Shown here: one piece after another, positions 63,339 to 64,000 of the stretch | Numbering within the stretch: position 1 is the first letter of the stretch | Layout of the letters: each line of letters starts with the position of its first letter | Source of the DNA: Sphingomonadales bacterium | GTDB taxonomy: Bacteria > Pseudomonadota > Alphaproteobacteria > Sphingomonadales > Sphingomonadaceae | DNA: 64,000 nt | Assembly: GCA_031400695.1 (NCBI GenBank) | Contig: JANNQI010000013.1 | Coordinates: forward strand, 188 to 64,187 | Direction: 5' to 3' | Notes under the pieces: generated by a model | Told to the model about the DNA's origin: nothing | Seen by the model: only the letters and a program-made list of their open reading frames with translations | Database searches by the model: none | Program-made: the position numbers and the translations under genes

Positions 63339-64000
63339 TTCCCAAACGAAGCTGGCGCGGCGTCAATCGTTACAAACTTCCCCGCTTGGATTTCCTGAAC
63401 TTCAAGCATCCGTTCGGTCAGCCCATTGGCCATGAACCGGAACGCGCCATCGACGCCGATAAAACCCTGCGGGTCGGTGAGCTGTGATGTCGGGAACGCG
63501 GTGCCAGGTCGCCAGCCTCCGCGCGCAATGCGGGCAACGAGCAGGATCGAATCATAGCCAAGGCTCGACAGCCGAAGTGGCGACTTGCCAAAACGCGCGC
63601 GGTATTTTCCGGCATACTGGTTGTAAAGATTGTCCGAAACGCTCGAAAACCACGAGCGGTACATCATGCTGTTGCTCGCTAGCGATCCGTCGATATTCCA
63701 CAAATCGGTGCCCAAAATCCTGGCGTTGCGCAGACCATTGCGGCGGAGCGACGGGATCGCGAGCATGGCAGCGCGCCCGCTGTCTGCGATCAGCACTGCG
63801 TCGATCTGCCCCATCTGCGCCAGCCGGCGTGACGCAGCATCGGCAGACGCAACCGAGCCGTCAGATTCCTGAACACCGACCAGAATACCGCCAGCGCTGC
63901 GCACCGCGCTCGTCAGGCTCGATTGCGCACGCTGTCCATAGACATTGCTTGAGACCACCGCGCCAAAGCGGTTGAGCCCTTGCGCCCGGGCGTGACGGAC
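63335..64000 (-). CDS. Periplasmic-binding-protein-fold protein (penicillin-binding protein activator LpoA-like), N-terminus outside the window
   Basis: The frame is open to the window edge. ...IDAVLIADSGR...ILGTDLW...YDSILLV... type-I PBP pattern. Confidence 0.55.
   Translation of the reverse strand, partial: VRHARAQGLNRFGAVVSSNVYGQRAQSSLTSAVRSAGGILVGVQESDGSVASADAASRRLAQMGQIDAVLIADSGRAAMLAIPSLRRNGLRNARILGTDLWNIDGSLASNSMMYRSWFSSVSDNLYNQYAGKYRARFGKSPLRLSSLGYDSILLVARIARGGWRPGTAFPTSQLTDPQGFIGVDGAFRFMANGLTERMLEVQEIQAGKFVTIDAAPASFGK

Overview
High-GC chromosomal segment, probably from an alphaproteobacterium (sphingomonad-like; this is inference from gene content only). Most of it is core housekeeping. 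That includes the thiC 3' end, argC, map, hslVU, galE, the F1 ATP synthase operon atpHAGDC, ada, truA-fmt and recR-def. There is also a complete exosortase-A (XrtA)/PEP-CTERM-type exopolysaccharide locus at about 47.4-60.0 kb.

The clearly accessory part is about 0.7-9.1 kb, directly downstream of thiC. It is a mosaic of short single-gene cassettes separated by two families of gene-end-derived direct repeats: three copies of the thiC 3' end, and at least six decayed copies of the 3' end of a DUF2726 gene. No integrase or transposase is visible.

Inside this island, at 2230-3444, is the best candidate system. A 3-TM protein is translationally coupled to a minimal stand-alone class III nucleotidyl cyclase. 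This is the architecture of pyrimidine-cyclase (Pycsar-type) cyclic-nucleotide anti-phage signalling, but in effector-first order.

Other points: a 1-nt frameshift splits the otherwise conserved atpD. A lower-GC HNH endonuclease gene sits between argC and map. REP-like palindromes occur, one of them in-frame inside thiC. There is a truncated BLUF gene and an orphan cpaF.

No rRNA, tRNA, CRISPR array, transposase or integrase was recognised. All calls come from reading the ORF translations and the DNA by eye. Repeat boundaries are approximate (about +/-10 nt). No database searches were run.
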